Sequence record: SRR22947725_1806
Length of the DNA stretch: 55,342 bases
Direction: 5' to 3' (one strand)
In this document: positions 54,215 to 55,342 of the stretch, in pieces
Position numbering within the stretch: position 1 is the first letter of the stretch
Layout of the letters: the number at the start of each line of letters is the position of its first letter
The notes under the pieces: model-generated
What the model saw: only the letters and a program-made list of their open reading frames with translations
Databases searched by the model: none
What the model was told of the DNA's origin: nothing
Position numbers and translations under genes: made by a program

Positions 54215-55342
54215 ATGAACGCCAGCAAGGGACCCGCCCACGTCGTGGTCGACGGGTCCAACCTCGCAACCGAAGGCCGGTCGATGCCGAGCCTGAAGCA
54301 ACTCAGTGAAGCCGTGATGAGCTTCATGGAAGAGAACCCCGATACCGAGATCACGGTGGTGGTCGATGCGACGTTTGGTCATCGCATCGACAAGAAAGAA
54401 TCCAAGGAGTTCGAGGAAGGCATCTCGAACAACGAACTGGTCGCCCCGCCAGCGGGTGCCGTCGGACGCGGCGACGCCTTCGTCCTGGGCATCGCCGATA
54501 AGGCTGGCTCGACTGTCCTCTCGAACGACTCCTTCCAGGAGTTCCACGGCGATTACGACTGGCTCTTCGACGAAGGTCGACTGATCGGCGGCAAACCGGT
54601 TCCACATGTCGGTTGGGTCTGGGTGGCACGTACCCCGGTGCGCGGGCCGGTCAGCCGGAAGGCCACCCGTGGGTCGGGGAGCTCGGGTGCCGGCTCGGGT
54701 CGCGGTCGGGGTGGTCGGAGTCGCGGTCGTCAACAAGAAGAAGAGGGCACCGCTCGCGTCGGGAGTCCCGAGGCGAACGCGCCGATGCCCGTTCCGAAGA
54801 GCCCGCCTCCCTCCGCCAAGAAGCAGGTGGCCAAGCAGGCGGAACCGAAGCAGCAGCAGGAAAGGCGCCCGTCGCGTGGCGGGGACCCGGTCAATGAATT
54901 GCTTCCGTTCCTTGAGTTCGTCGAGCATCACCCTGTGGGAACCAGCGTCACGGGCGTCGTCGACTCCTATTCGTCGCACGGCGCATACATCGTGATTGGC
55001 GACGACGCACGTGGGTACATCCCGCTGCGAATGATGGCAGAACCGACGCCGCGGAGCGCGAAGTCGATCATGAAGGTCGGCGATTCGGTGACGGCAATTG
55101 TGGTGAGCTTCAACGGCAGTCGGCGCAGCATTGATTGTGCTCTCCCCGACATGGCCGAGGCGGCGATCACCGAGGCTGAAGCAGACCAGGCCAGAGAAGA
55201 CGCCGAGGAGATCGACGGGGCTGCAGCGCCCGAAGCGGCTCCTGCCAAGCAGACCTCGAATCGAAGAACGGCGGCTGTGAAGAAGACTCCTGCAAAGAAG
55301 GCGGTAGAGAAAAAGGTGCCAGCGAAGAAGGTGCCAGCGAAG
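54215..55342 (+). CDS. NYN/PIN (Zc3h12a/Regnase-like) ribonuclease + S1 domain + Lys/Ala-rich histone-H1-like tail; 3'-truncated by the window edge
   Basis: VVVDGSNLA, VVVDA, GDAFVL, LSNDSFQEF; S1-like GTSVTGVVDSYSSHGAYIVIG...KVGDSVTAIVV; KKTPAKK and KKVPAK repeats; open to the end of the window. Confidence 0.85.
   Translation, partial: MNASKGPAHVVVDGSNLATEGRSMPSLKQLSEAVMSFMEENPDTEITVVVDATFGHRIDKKESKEFEEGISNNELVAPPAGAVGRGDAFVLGIADKAGSTVLSNDSFQEFHGDYDWLFDEGRLIGGKPVPHVGWVWVARTPVRGPVSRKATRGSGSSGAGSGRGRGGRSRGRQQEEEGTARVGSPEANAPMPVPKSPPPSAKKQVAKQAEPKQQQERRPSRGGDPVNELLPFLEFVEHHPVGTSVTGVVDSYSSHGAYIVIGDDARGYIPLRMMAEPTPRSAKSIMKVGDSVTAIVVSFNGSRRSIDCALPDMAEAAITEAEADQAREDAEEIDGAAAPEAAPAKQTSNRRTAAVKKTPAKKAVEKKVPAKKVPAK
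55313..55342 (+). repeat. 15-bp tandem repeat AAGGTGCCAGCGAAG x2 (KVPAK), probably continuing beyond the window
   Basis: Direct reading of the last 30 bases. Confidence 0.7.

Overview
GC-rich chromosomal window of an actinobacterium, most consistent with Acidimicrobiia (Ilumatobacter-like). This is inferred from mycothiol-dependent mscR, nucS, the multifunctional kgd, a WhiG/FliA sigma factor and frequent leaderless starts. It is mostly housekeeping: ssrA-smpB, mec-cysM, murI-rph-rdgB-tRNA-Leu, clpP, comM/dprA-xerC-whiG-M23-rpsB-tsf-pyrH-frr-cdsA-dxr-rseP-ispG, mscR-MBL hydrolase-manA, nucS, cysQ, ettA and kgd. I saw no CRISPR array, transposase or prophage. Most notable observations: (1) an internal deletion in comM fuses its N-terminal half in frame to dprA; (2) an identically spaced sigma-28-like promoter (TCAAG-N15-RCCGARAC-N6-start codon) precedes both a pair of uncharacterised membrane-anchored paralogs and a 37-aa membrane micro-protein, suggesting a WhiG/FliA regulon; (3) a highly structured ncRNA candidate lies between a PLP-enzyme pair and an orphan clpP; (4) a Regnase-like NYN RNase + S1 + histone-H1-like tail protein is cut by the right edge and missing from the ORF track; (5) many gene remnants, frameshifts and nonsense codons indicate genome erosion or assembly error. 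All calls come from reading motifs by eye; no database searches were run.
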